Source of the DNA: a virus
Taxonomy: Duplodnaviria; Heunggongvirae; Uroviricota; Caudoviricetes
DNA: 64,000 nucleotides
Reading direction: 5' to 3' (one strand)
Virus record (IMG/VR): IMGVR_UViG_3300026488_000017
Span: 40,396-104,395 of that record
Below the pieces are notes generated by a model. That model was not told the origin of the DNA, searched no databases, and saw only the letters and a list, made by a program, of their open reading frames with translations. The position numbers and the translations under genes are program-made. Positions 1 through 8,464 of this stretch are shown piece after piece (position 1 is the first letter of the stretch; each line of letters begins with the position of its first letter).

Positions 1-89
1 CTCTAAGTGTTCTAAATTTAAAACCATTCTTTCTTTCCTTTCTTTTGAATTCAGTATTATAACATATAAAGTCTTAAAGCCTTCTTAAT

Positions 90-1127
90 CTATCTCTTTA
101 ATGGAATCTTTCCACTCTTTATTGTATCTCTCCAATATTGTAGTAAGTCCTCGAACATCTTTTGGACTGGTATCTCTGGTTCCCAATCGATGTATTCTTT
201 GACCTTAGAACAGCTAAACATTTGATAATCGGCATCACATTGTCTTAACCGTGATGTATCCACAGTCGTTTGAATATCTTTAACGGTACTCATACCACAT
301 AATAAATCTCTCACTTCTGTAAGATGAAATGCTTCTACACCTGCTATATTGAAATAGTCGCCATTCTTAATTTCTTCTTTTTCTGAAGCTAACATTAATA
401 GGTAATATGCTCTAACAGCATCCCTTGCATCTTGAAATGTCCTAGTACTGTCAAGATTACCTAATTCTAAGATAGGTTCTTGTAAACCTGCTTCAATCAT
501 AGCAATCTGTTTAGCTAATGTACTTTCAAAGAAAATATCACTTCTTCTAGGACCTGAGTGAGTACCCATTCTAGTAATAAATGTTTTCATATTGTAAGCT
601 TCACCATAAAACTGACCTAAATAATCTGTACCAATTTTAGAAATGCTATAAGGAGAAGCACCGTGAAATTTTGTATCTTCATTTAGTGTAACGCCTTTTT
701 CTGCTTTACCATATACTTCTGAGCTTGAACAAATATGAACGACTGGATTATAACCATCACGCTCTTTAAGCTGTCGTACAGACTCAACAATATTTGCTGT
801 ACCCATTATGTTTGTTTGTAATGTTTCTAATGGAGCCTCGAAGCTAACCTTAGGAAAAGACTGTGCTGCTAAATGGCTAATGAAATCAGGTCTATGCACT
901 TCAATCATTCTGCTTATACTAGAATAATCAATTAAATCGGCATTGTGTATAGTGATACGGTCATTTTTGTTGATTCTATCTGTTAAGTGATAGATATTGT
1001 CGAGAGGTTCTTGCCACCTCATCATACCGATAATATCCCAATCAGTATTTTCTAAGATGAAATCAGCCATAGTACTACCTACTTGACCAGTGATTCCTGT
1101 AATTAATATTTTTTTATTTATTTTCAT
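90..1127 (-). CDS. NAD-dependent GDP-sugar 4,6-dehydratase (Gmd / GDP-manno-heptose 4,6-dehydratase-like, SDR family)
   Basis: N-terminal Rossmann motif ILITGITGQVGS; length (345 aa) and overall resemblance to GDP-mannose 4,6-dehydratases; sits at the end of the GDP-heptose gene cluster. Confidence 0.65.
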   Translation of the reverse strand: MKINKKILITGITGQVGSTMADFILENTDWDIIGMMRWQEPLDNIYHLTDRINKNDRITIHNADLIDYSSISRMIEVHRPDFISHLAAQSFPKVSFEAPLETLQTNIMGTANIVESVRQLKERDGYNPVVHICSSSEVYGKAEKGVTLNEDTKFHGASPYSISKIGTDYLGQFYGEAYNMKTFITRMGTHSGPRRSDIFFESTLAKQIAMIEAGLQEPILELGNLDSTRTFQDARDAVRAYYLLMLASEKEEIKNGDYFNIAGVEAFHLTEVRDLLCGMSTVKDIQTTVDTSRLRQCDADYQMFSCSKVKEYIDWEPEIPVQKMFEDLLQYWRDTIKSGKIPLKR

Positions 1128-1135
1128 TTGATTCC

Positions 1136-1166
1136 TTATATAGTATTATAACTAAATGTTGCTTAA
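1136..1166 (-). promoter_or_regulatory. promoter-like element (minus strand TATAAT, plus-strand attata 1145-1150) upstream of the dehydratase gene
   Basis: tagtattataact; 15-20 nt before the RBS and ATG at 1127. Confidence 0.4.
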
Positions 1167-1885
1167 AATTCTTCCGTAAATCTGTGAGTGGGGTTGTACC
1201 AATTTGGTTTCATTTCGATTCTAGTATCTTTATCTTCAAAGAATTTCTCTTTAGCTTCTTTATCTGTGATGCTATCCCAATATTTACCCATTGATTCAAC
1301 TAATTCCCATTTACCTATCGTGTCGTGACCAGAAAGATTCACAACTGAAGGTGAATTAGCCCATCTGCGTACCATTTGTACAAGACCATCTTTAACATCT
1401 TCTAAATGTATTATATTTCTTTCATAATCTAAAAATACATCGACTCTTTCCTGGGATTGCACATATTTACAAAATCCATCTTCAAAACCTTCAATATCCG
1501 AAAAAACATAAGATAATCTAGCTATATGAACATTGTCGTTGGTCTCACAATAAGCCTCGATGTGCTTCTTGCTTATACTGTAAGGTGTGTCTTTACCTAG
1601 AACTACATCTGAGCTCAAGAAAATAACACGATTGTTTTCTGTTATATCTTGTATGGCTCTAATAGTACCATCTGCTACTCTAGCAGTCTTCTTAGGATGT
1701 TTTAAGCATTCAGCAGGTTTTGCCATTCCAGCAGTGAAAATGTATGTCCAACCTTGACCGAAATCCATACTCTCATAGTTTTCTAAATCAAATCTCTTTA
1801 CTACCGGCATACCTTGTGAAAATAAATAACTCCCCACAAAACCATTACCTATTACTCTAACTTTATTTTTGTCTGTATAGCTCAT
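1163..1885 (-). CDS. NAD(P)-dependent sugar-nucleotide reductase/epimerase (RmlD-like; candidate GDP-4-keto-6-deoxyheptose reductase)
   Basis: GxGxxG motif VIGNGFVGS near the N-terminus; start moved to the internal Met (ATG at 1885, preceded by AAGGAAAA) to reduce overlap with gmhB; adjacent to the dehydratase. Confidence 0.45.
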   Translation of the reverse strand: MSYTDKNKVRVIGNGFVGSYLFSQGMPVVKRFDLENYESMDFGQGWTYIFTAGMAKPAECLKHPKKTARVADGTIRAIQDITENNRVIFLSSDVVLGKDTPYSISKKHIEAYCETNDNVHIARLSYVFSDIEGFEDGFCKYVQSQERVDVFLDYERNIIHLEDVKDGLVQMVRRWANSPSVVNLSGHDTIGKWELVESMGKYWDSITDKEAKEKFFEDKDTRIEMKPNWYNPTHRFTEEF

Positions 1886-2333
1886 CGAATTTTCCTTCTT
1901 TATATAATATAAAATTTTTGACTCCAGCTGATACTGAAGCTTGATAATCACTATCTTTATCGCCTATCATCGTAGATTGACTCATATCGATACTGTATTT
2001 CTTTTGTGCATCTAATAACATACCTGGATTTGGTTTTCTTGACCAATGATTCCCTTCAGGTGTAAATGGCGAATGATACACATCTGTTATATTTATGCCG
2101 TACTCTTTTAAATCTCTTATCATTAATTTCATTAGCACTTGGAAGTCTTCTACTGTGTAGTAGCCTCTACCAATACCAGATTGATTCGTAACAATAATAA
2201 TAGTGTGTTCGGGGAATTTTTCTATAATATAACCAAGGACATCATAATTATACTCTAATTTTTCGTACTGATAGAAATAGCCATCAGGGTCTTTGTTGAT
2301 AACGCCGTCCCTATCTAAAAATAATGTTTTCAC
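1863..2333 (-). CDS. gmhB: D-glycero-D-manno-heptose 1,7-bisphosphate phosphatase (HAD family)
   Basis: N-terminal LFLDRDGVIN, the classic GmhB/HAD DxDGV motif; about 156 aa. Confidence 0.75.
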   Translation of the reverse strand: MKTLFLDRDGVINKDPDGYFYQYEKLEYNYDVLGYIIEKFPEHTIIIVTNQSGIGRGYYTVEDFQVLMKLMIRDLKEYGINITDVYHSPFTPEGNHWSRKPNPGMLLDAQKKYSIDMSQSTMIGDKDSDYQASVSAGVKNFILYKEGKFDELYRQK

Positions 2334-2344
2334 TTAGACTCCTC

Positions 2345-2384
2345 ATTTAGAGTATTATAACATAAGCAACCTTAAAGGCTTATA
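2345..2384 (-). promoter_or_regulatory. conserved phage promoter motif (extended -10 TGTTATAATA plus CCTTAAAGG)
   Basis: agtattataacataagcaaccttaaaggctt upstream of gmhB. Confidence 0.45.
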
Positions 2385-3015
2385 AAAAAGTCTTAGCTTT
2401 CTCATAATCCTCAGGAACACCAATATCTATAAATTGGCTGTCATTTCTGATTACGGTAACAAAATCTTTATATCTCTCTAAGAATTCTTCGAATGAGAAT
2501 TGCTCAGGTAAATCTTTGAATACTGCTTTGTGTAGAATATAAACACCTGAATTGATATAACCAGCTTCAGTATGCCCTTTTTCTTTGAATCGGATTTTAC
2601 CTTCTTCTATTTCCTCTACATAGCCGTAACGAGAGCAGTCGTCCTGATAAATTAAATTCATATTGATTAATGATGTAGGGTCTTGAAGCTTTACATCAGC
2701 AAATGTATCGCCGTTAAGGACGATGAGATATTCTGTACCTATTTCTTGAAATGCTAATTTGATAGCACCACCAGTACCTAAGGCATACCCTTCTTCTACA
2801 TAACGGACTGAATCTTTATAATAATCTTTGATGTAGTCTTTCATATAACCTACACCCAACCATATAGCGTGTTTTTTATATCTGTTAATAAGAATGTCTA
2901 GGAATGGTTTACCATTGATGTCAGCCATCGGCTTTGGTCTGTCAGCTACGACGCTCTGAAGCCTTGTACCCTTACCACCGGCCAGAATGAGTACTGGTAT
3001 ATTCTCTAATTTCAT
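2380..3015 (-). CDS. hddC: D-glycero-alpha-D-manno-heptose 1-phosphate guanylyltransferase (sugar-1-P nucleotidyltransferase)
   Basis: VLILAGGKGTRLQSVVADRPKPMADINGKPFLD nucleotidyltransferase signature; about 211 aa, typical HddC size; lies in the gmhA/hddA/gmhB context. Confidence 0.65.
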   Translation of the reverse strand: MKLENIPVLILAGGKGTRLQSVVADRPKPMADINGKPFLDILINRYKKHAIWLGVGYMKDYIKDYYKDSVRYVEEGYALGTGGAIKLAFQEIGTEYLIVLNGDTFADVKLQDPTSLINMNLIYQDDCSRYGYVEEIEEGKIRFKEKGHTEAGYINSGVYILHKAVFKDLPEQFSFEEFLERYKDFVTVIRNDSQFIDIGVPEDYEKAKTFL

Positions 3016-3581
3016 ACAGATTTCTTAGCATCAAATTCATCGACTGCATATGCTAATTCGTGCATTATCAAATCGTGTACAACCTGAATAACTGGTGTCG
3101 AATCAGAAGCCACCTTGATAAAATTAATGCCATCAAGATATTGCATTGTACCACCCGTTGAACCCGTTATGATAATGGTTCTCATACCCTTTTTCTTAGC
3201 TACTTTGATAGCCTCGATAATATTTTCTGAATTTCCAGATGTAGTGAACCCGATGAATAAATCGCCTGATTCTCCCATAGCTTCTAGCTGTCGTGAAAAT
3301 ATTTCTTTGAAACCAAAATCGTTTCCTATAGCAGTAATGACGGTGTTATTTGCTGTTAAATCTACTGAAGGGTAACCTCTTCGTGTTGTCATAAATTTTC
3401 CCACTATTTCGCCTACCAAATGTGACGCCGTAGCACAAGAACCACCGTTACCAGCTACATAAATTGTATTTTCTGATTTTAATGTTTCTTTGATTAAACT
3501 TTTACCTACACTCAAAGGAATTAAGTCGTGTTGTAAAGATTCTAAAGCCTTAATATGTTCTTCTATATTTTTGTTCATCAT
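3012..3581 (-). CDS. gmhA: phosphoheptose isomerase (SIS domain)
   Basis: SIS-domain motifs VAGNGGSCATASHLVGE and TTSGNSENI; 189 aa. Confidence 0.75.
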   Translation of the reverse strand: MMNKNIEEHIKALESLQHDLIPLSVGKSLIKETLKSENTIYVAGNGGSCATASHLVGEIVGKFMTTRRGYPSVDLTANNTVITAIGNDFGFKEIFSRQLEAMGESGDLFIGFTTSGNSENIIEAIKVAKKKGMRTIIITGSTGGTMQYLDGINFIKVASDSTPVIQVVHDLIMHELAYAVDEFDAKKSV

Positions 3582-3597
3582 AGTGTTTCCTTGTTTT

Positions 3598-3618
3598 GAT
3601 TATGTATTATACTGTAAA
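3598..3618 (-). promoter_or_regulatory. promoter-like -10 (gtattatac) upstream of gmhA
   Basis: motif variant; followed by the 20-nt palindrome 3619-3638. Confidence 0.35.
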
Positions 3619-3638
3619 GAAGCTTAATATTAAGCTTC
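3619..3638. other. perfect 20-nt palindrome GAAGCTTAATATTAAGCTTC (possible hairpin or protein-binding site) at the hddA stop / gmhA promoter junction
   Basis: read directly; contains two HindIII-type AAGCTT sites. Confidence 0.4.
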
Positions 3639-4643
3639 TACGACCCACGATTCAGCACCATATTCAGAAAATTGCACATCTTCTGCTTTACCACCGAATT
3701 TTTCTAAGGCTTCTTTCACCTTAAGCTTGGATTCAGGTGTCACCAAAAACATCATAAATCCAGATGCACCAGCTCCTGATAGCTTTCCAGCAAAGGCACC
3801 AGCAGTGATAGCTACACTAAAAAGATTATCCACATAAGCATTACTAATACTGTTAGATGTTTTCTTTTTTTCTTCCCAGGATTGATTCAGAATATTTCCT
3901 AATGAATGGCAATCAGATTTCAGAAGAGCTTCTTTCATCAGTAAAGCGGAATTCTTAAGCTCGTGTAATGCCTCTAATGATTTTTCGTTCTTTTGTGATT
4001 TTATTTGTTCTTCAATAACATCACCTGATGAACGCTGTTTACCCGTGAAATAAATCAGTAAGCTTGAAGAAAGCTCATTCATAAAAGACCGTTTGATTCT
4101 TAATGGATTTACAATCGTTTTATCTTTGTAAAATTCCATAAAATTCCAACCACCGTGAGTAGCACAGAATTGGTCTTGTTTTCCACCTTTTAGATTCAAA
4201 TCCTGGCGTTCAATTTCCCAAGCTAGTCCGGCTATGTCGTATTCACCTAAAGGTAGATTGTAGTATTCCACAAACGCTTGAATGATAGCTACGACCATTG
4301 TACTACTAGAGCCTAGACCTGAACCACCTGGTGCATCAGAATATGTTGTGATATTTAAAGAATCTCTATCGATGTATTTTCTGCCTATTAGACCTTCCCA
4401 AACACCTCTCATCAGTAAACAATTTTCATTCTCATATTCATTATCAAAAACATTTGCTTCTTTAATGTCGGTTGCTTTGAAATGCGTACCCATTGTGTTT
4501 GCTGATATTGTGCAGTAAGCATATTTATTGATAGTCACATTAAGAACATAACCACCAAAATCATCTGAATAAGGAGAAACATCTGTTCCACCTCCACCAA
4601 AACCTAATCTTAAAGGTGCTTTACTTCTTACTTTTCTTTTCAT
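3630..4643 (-). CDS. hddA: D-glycero-alpha-D-manno-heptose 7-phosphate kinase (GHMP kinase)
   Basis: GHMP motifs SKAPLRLGFGGGGTD and PGGSGLGSSS; start moved to the internal Met (4643) to remove the 56-nt overlap with the upstream gene. Confidence 0.7.
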   Translation of the reverse strand: MKRKVRSKAPLRLGFGGGGTDVSPYSDDFGGYVLNVTINKYAYCTISANTMGTHFKATDIKEANVFDNEYENENCLLMRGVWEGLIGRKYIDRDSLNITTYSDAPGGSGLGSSSTMVVAIIQAFVEYYNLPLGEYDIAGLAWEIERQDLNLKGGKQDQFCATHGGWNFMEFYKDKTIVNPLRIKRSFMNELSSSLLIYFTGKQRSSGDVIEEQIKSQKNEKSLEALHELKNSALLMKEALLKSDCHSLGNILNQSWEEKKKTSNSISNAYVDNLFSVAITAGAFAGKLSGAGASGFMMFLVTPESKLKVKEALEKFGGKAEDVQFSEYGAESWVVEA

Positions 4644-4650
4644 TAAATTT

Positions 4651-6156
4651 CTACCACTCATCTTCGTTAATCCCCTCTTCATCTTTTTCTTTACAGATTC
4701 TTTCAAAATCAGCTACTGTAGCAACTTTTGTCATTGTGCTCTTTCGTTTATTCTTTAAACGAATCTTAAATGTTTCTCTCTGTTCCATATATTCTTCATA
4801 AGTTTTTATCTTACTAAGTTTTGTCATAGCCCATCGATAATCTTTATCGGGAATACTGTGAAAGTCGCCTTTTCTAAAAAGTTCTACTTGGTCAAAATAT
4901 GTTCTAAGTTCCATCGCAAAGTGTAAATAAGTCTGTAATGAAATAGCATTAAGATGATTTCTAATACCTTCAATCTCTCCAAATTTCTCTTGAAAAGGTT
5001 TAATACCAGTCATACCATCTTCTCTCCAAGGTGAATATTTCTCTTGGAATTCTTTCCTAGAAAGTTTATTTCCACCTATCGTGTTCATAAGCAAATCTTC
5101 GTAAGCATCTTGTGTTTTCTGCATAAATTCTGCTACATCGGGTGCATCTTTATCTCTACCTAAACAACCCGATACGAGTTTTAATGAATGAGTTTCCTCT
5201 CCATCACGAATAAAAGATTCATCTACAAGTTTTGTATATTTACCGAATGTACTAGCACCAGTGTGTGAAGTTGAATCAAAAGTATAATGAACATCTTTAC
5301 CAAAGAAATCATTATTTAATGCAAATAAGACACCTGATTTAGATGGTCCACCTAATCCTAGAATATGTATAAGTTTTCTATGTTCTTCGGGTACCTCTGT
5401 TAAATCTCTAGGTGCTCTACAATATAAATCGAACATCTGAAAGTAAGGGATAATACCTGATGTAGCTAATGAAAGACCACCAATGTACTCAAAATATTCT
5501 GCTTTCTGTGCATCAGGCATTTCATTGAATACTGAATAAACACCACGAGCATATTCGTTATAGTCTTCGATTTCCCAACCTTGTACAATAACCATTACTT
5601 TAGTATCAGATTTTTCTTTCATAAAAACTTCAATTTGTTCTTTTATGTTAAATCCTGATTCTCGACCTGCATCAAATCTTAATTCTTCAACAAAATATTT
5701 AAGACTGTGGTCCATCTTCATACCTTGTCCAGCATTATTACTACCGGCTATAGTGTGTCGTTTTGCTTCATCCACTAGAATAGGCATCTTATCAAAACTC
5801 ATAGCGTGAGAACTAAATGTTGCTTGACATTTGTAGATTCCTAATTTGATTTCAGGTGTCATAGTTTTACCTAATGTGATAACCTGAAGTCCACCTGAAT
5901 CTGATTGTACCATTAATGTTTTCTCGGGAGTATTTAAACCTATGAGAATATCTTCTGTAGCCTGTTCTGTGAAAGCATTGTAAAGACTTCCTACACCACA
6001 ATGTTCTGTATAATCATCCAATCCAAATAGAACACCTTGAATAAATTCATCGTATTCTTTTGTCATATTTAATTTAACAGCGTGTCGTTGTATTAAGTGT
6101 AATCTTGTGAATGTGGTCATCGCTGATGCGATGTATGTTTTTTTGATATTTGCCAT
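4651..6156 (-). CDS. tRNA-guanine-transglycosylase-family protein, probable DNA 7-deazaguanine transglycosylase (DpdA-like)
   Basis: Three TGT-family motifs in the correct order: SDSGGLQV (compare DSGGFQ), IGGLSLATSG (compare GGLAVGE) and HILGLGGPS (compare YLMGVGxP); no CxCxxC zinc site; directly upstream of queE. Confidence 0.55.
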   Translation of the reverse strand: MANIKKTYIASAMTTFTRLHLIQRHAVKLNMTKEYDEFIQGVLFGLDDYTEHCGVGSLYNAFTEQATEDILIGLNTPEKTLMVQSDSGGLQVITLGKTMTPEIKLGIYKCQATFSSHAMSFDKMPILVDEAKRHTIAGSNNAGQGMKMDHSLKYFVEELRFDAGRESGFNIKEQIEVFMKEKSDTKVMVIVQGWEIEDYNEYARGVYSVFNEMPDAQKAEYFEYIGGLSLATSGIIPYFQMFDLYCRAPRDLTEVPEEHRKLIHILGLGGPSKSGVLFALNNDFFGKDVHYTFDSTSHTGASTFGKYTKLVDESFIRDGEETHSLKLVSGCLGRDKDAPDVAEFMQKTQDAYEDLLMNTIGGNKLSRKEFQEKYSPWREDGMTGIKPFQEKFGEIEGIRNHLNAISLQTYLHFAMELRTYFDQVELFRKGDFHSIPDKDYRWAMTKLSKIKTYEEYMEQRETFKIRLKNKRKSTMTKVATVADFERICKEKDEEGINEDEW

Positions 6157-6167
6157 TTATGTCCTTG

Positions 6168-6212
6168 TTGAGCGTATTATAACATTAATTTGCTTAATAT
6201 TACACGCCTGCC
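6168..6212 (-). promoter_or_regulatory. conserved promoter motif upstream of the TGT-family gene
   Basis: gcgtattataacattaatttgcttaatat. Confidence 0.4.
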
Positions 6213-6973
6213 TGATTGTTCCAGATGCGAATGTGGATTCTATCCGAATACTTGAAACCATTATCGATACATTTCTCCATAACAAATTTAGCATTTTCTT
6301 GAAGTGTTTCATTTGTATCACCAAGTGGCATTAAATAAACATCCATATATACTGGAATTGCTTTAAGAATCTCTTGAATCTCTTTGAAATCTTGCTCCCA
6401 AGATGCTTTAGAACATACAAATTTAAGGTACGATTTAGGTGACATTTCTACGATATTCGTTAAATTGTCGATATTGATTCTTTTGTGCTCTAACTCGCCA
6501 CTATTTGATAGTTTTACTGAAGTCGAAAACATTATCTCTTTTTGGTACTCGCGTGTAAAATTAATATCTAATGCACCATTAGTTTCGATTGTAATCTTAT
6601 GACCACGAGAAACATAGTGAGAAATAGTTCTTTGAAAAACTTCATCTTTCCAATAGATTAAAGGCTCTCCACCAGTGAATACAATATCAGGTTTCGTTAA
6701 AGAGTTCTTACCAAAATCGGGGATTGTAGCATCGATTCTCTCGACTAATTCTTCATATTCTGTGATAACATCCCATTCTTTTTTAAATGATTTATCGACT
6801 GAATAATACGAGTCACAACCAAATTTCTTTTCGCCTGTTATAGGGTCTTCATAAGGTACTTTAAACCCTGCACAAGTAAAATTACATAACGCACTTCTTA
6901 CAAATACAGAAGGGACTCCCATACGAGAACCCTCACCTTGTACTGAATAAAAACATTCCATTAATGAATACAT
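6200..6973 (-). CDS. queE: 7-carboxy-7-deazaguanine synthase (radical SAM)
   Basis: ECFYSVQGEGSRMGVPSVFVRSALCNFTC, plus TGGEP and ETNG motifs typical of QueE. Confidence 0.8.
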   Translation of the reverse strand: MYSLMECFYSVQGEGSRMGVPSVFVRSALCNFTCAGFKVPYEDPITGEKKFGCDSYYSVDKSFKKEWDVITEYEELVERIDATIPDFGKNSLTKPDIVFTGGEPLIYWKDEVFQRTISHYVSRGHKITIETNGALDINFTREYQKEIMFSTSVKLSNSGELEHKRINIDNLTNIVEMSPKSYLKFVCSKASWEQDFKEIQEILKAIPVYMDVYLMPLGDTNETLQENAKFVMEKCIDNGFKYSDRIHIRIWNNQAGV

Positions 6974-6982
6974 ATTTGCTCC

Positions 6983-7492
6983 TTAAGCTAGTCTTAGGTT
7001 ACCTAGTTCGTTGATTAAGATAATATCTGCTTCAGTATAATCTCCATAAGCTGTTAATTGCTCATTAAGTTTTGCTAATGATTCTTCATCTGCTTCAAGT
7101 TTTTCTGAAGGAGTGATACGATACATTGTTGGACCTTCTGAACCTTCTTCATTCTCTGTTGGTGTACTAACGATGAAACCTTGTTTAGCATAATCACCAA
7201 GAACATAAAATCTCTCTGGAACAACAACACCAACTACTGTTAAGGCACCATCTAATGCTTCTTCTGATTCGTTAAATGCTACACCATCAAGTGTACTTTC
7301 TGAAACCAAGTTAGCCATTCTCTTTAAGTTAGAAGTATAACCACCATTTAATACGATAATAGTTTTGCCTTTTTCAGCCCACTCTCCGTATAACGCATTG
7401 TCTGTTAATGAACATTCAGCTACAGCGTGTGCAGTTTGAATACCTTTTTGAATATCTGATAGATACATATTTGTAATTGAGTAAAATCTCAT
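6983..7492 (-). CDS. hypothetical protein (acidic C-terminal half)
   Basis: ORF with an upstream promoter-like motif; no recognisable motifs. Confidence 0.4.
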   Translation of the reverse strand: MRFYSITNMYLSDIQKGIQTAHAVAECSLTDNALYGEWAEKGKTIIVLNGGYTSNLKRMANLVSESTLDGVAFNESEEALDGALTVVGVVVPERFYVLGDYAKQGFIVSTPTENEEGSEGPTMYRITPSEKLEADEESLAKLNEQLTAYGDYTEADIILINELGNLRLA

Positions 7493-7509
7493 TTTAGTCC
7501 TTTGTGTTT

Positions 7510-7545
7510 GTTTGAGTAATTATACAATATCTTTACTTAATAAAA
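7510..7545 (-). promoter_or_regulatory. promoter motif variant (TGTATAAT)
   Basis: gagtaattatacaatatctttacttaat. Confidence 0.35.
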
Positions 7546-7897
7546 TTACTTTTTCTTTGTAAGCTTCTAATGTTTCATTCACATTATCTGCTAGTACATC
7601 TGGTTCATATTTTTTGTACGGCATAATATCATCGTGAGAATCGAAAATACTAGAATCCTGGGGTACAACCATACCAACCAGCGTCTTCTTGTCTTCTAAC
7701 CACTCAAAAAATAAACCATTTTCTATGAGAACGGCTTCTAACGAATGCAGTTCTGCTGTGTTCATCACCTCGAGAATTTCAATGCCTTTAACATCTTTCT
7801 TGAATTCGTTAATGATACCACCAGCTTGTGAGATAATAGAGGCTAAACGATTGAATGAAATTTTCAAATCTTTTCTTATGAGTATTTTGCTTTTCAT
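7520..7897 (-). CDS. hypothetical protein
   Basis: ORF in a co-directional gene train; no motif recognised. Confidence 0.4.
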   Translation of the reverse strand: MKSKILIRKDLKISFNRLASIISQAGGIINEFKKDVKGIEILEVMNTAELHSLEAVLIENGLFFEWLEDKKTLVGMVVPQDSSIFDSHDDIMPYKKYEPDVLADNVNETLEAYKEKVILLSKDIV

Positions 7898-8127
7898 TTA
7901 CCCAGCCTCTGTATAAAATAATTGCTTTGTTGGTATTGAACGATATACATTTCTGCCTGAGCAAGATTCTCGTAAATAAAGGCATAGATTTCAGCTACAC
8001 CTTCACCTTCTTTTAAATCTATATCAAAGCTCATAAATGTTTTCGTTCTCTTTATTGATACTGCATCCATATTTATGAGCACTATCTGTAAATCGGGGAA
8101 CCTTTGTACTTTATTTGTTAAATTCAT
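7894..8127 (-). CDS. hypothetical small protein
   Basis: short ORF overlapping its neighbours by 4 nt in the operon arrangement. Confidence 0.3.
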   Translation of the reverse strand: MNLTNKVQRFPDLQIVLINMDAVSIKRTKTFMSFDIDLKEGEGVAEIYAFIYENLAQAEMYIVQYQQSNYFIQRLGK

Positions 8128-8464
8128 CTATAATCCTATATAAAAACATATTAAGGATGAAAATTTTCATTTCTTTTGAAGAGTATTTTATGAGAGCTTC
8201 CATCTGATATGAAAATTCAAGAGCACCTAGCTCCTTGAAGCTATCAGAATCGTTCCCATAGATAGTACCTAACATCGGTAGGACCAATGCATTGTAGCCA
8301 TCGTATGCTCCTACGAGGTGAACGATACTAAATTCCAAATCATCCTGACTAGTTTTTTCGCCTCTTCTAATTTTATGAAAAACTTCCATAATCTTTTGTT
8401 CATAATCGTGTTTTTCTGTGAACCCAACGATACCGTATAGCGTGTCTGCTTCGTGATTAATCAA
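8111..8464 (-). CDS. hypothetical protein (TTG start)
   Basis: ORF; the first codon is TTG according to the sequence. Confidence 0.35.
   Translation of the reverse strand: MINHEADTLYGIVGFTEKHDYEQKIMEVFHKIRRGEKTSQDDLEFSIVHLVGAYDGYNALVLPMLGTIYGNDSDSFKELGALEFSYQMEALIKYSSKEMKIFILNMFLYRIIDEFNK

Noticed and set aside
3115-3375. Plus-strand ORFs embedded antisense within minus-strand genes. This one is the example; others are 4282-4518, 4616-4801, 6107-6334, 6384-6602, 7689-7916, 9007-9354, 9502-9783, 10394-10651, 10790-11110, 12323-12559, 12969-13379, 20713-20913, 21286-21624, 22878-23075, 23575-24201, 24336-24581, 26925-27125, 29670-29900, 30802-31020, 34669-34869, 36699-36998, 37085-37306, 38347-38865, 39119-39331, 39613-39882, 39955-40401, 40528-40773, 40938-41201, 41939-42178, 42350-42538, 42740-43021, 43204-43440, 43954-44298, 45504-46098, 46631-47083, 47210-47419, 48798-49514, 50179-50391, 50898-51104, 52862-53053, 54758-55138, 54804-55022, 55896-56186, 56645-56947, 59037-59535, 60617-60817, 61142-61339, 61994-62311, 63213-63726.
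   Set aside because: All are low-complexity, hydrophobic or Ser/Leu/Phe-rich translations of the antisense strand of well-supported genes in an AT-rich genome, and none has a promoter motif or RBS. They are treated as spurious.
4651-4706. 56-nt overlap between the GHMP kinase and the TGT-like gene; 89-nt overlap between the reductase and gmhB (1863-1951); N-terminal 17 codons of the PepA ORF (59505-59555)
   Set aside because: The long N-terminal extensions lack conserved family residues, and internal Mets with RBSs exist. The starts were trimmed to 4643, 1885 and 59504 respectively rather than accepting the long overlaps.
6983-7897. the two ORFs next to queE as QueD or QueC
   Set aside because: There is no CxxxHGH (QueD) or SGGxDS (QueC) motif, so they are left hypothetical.
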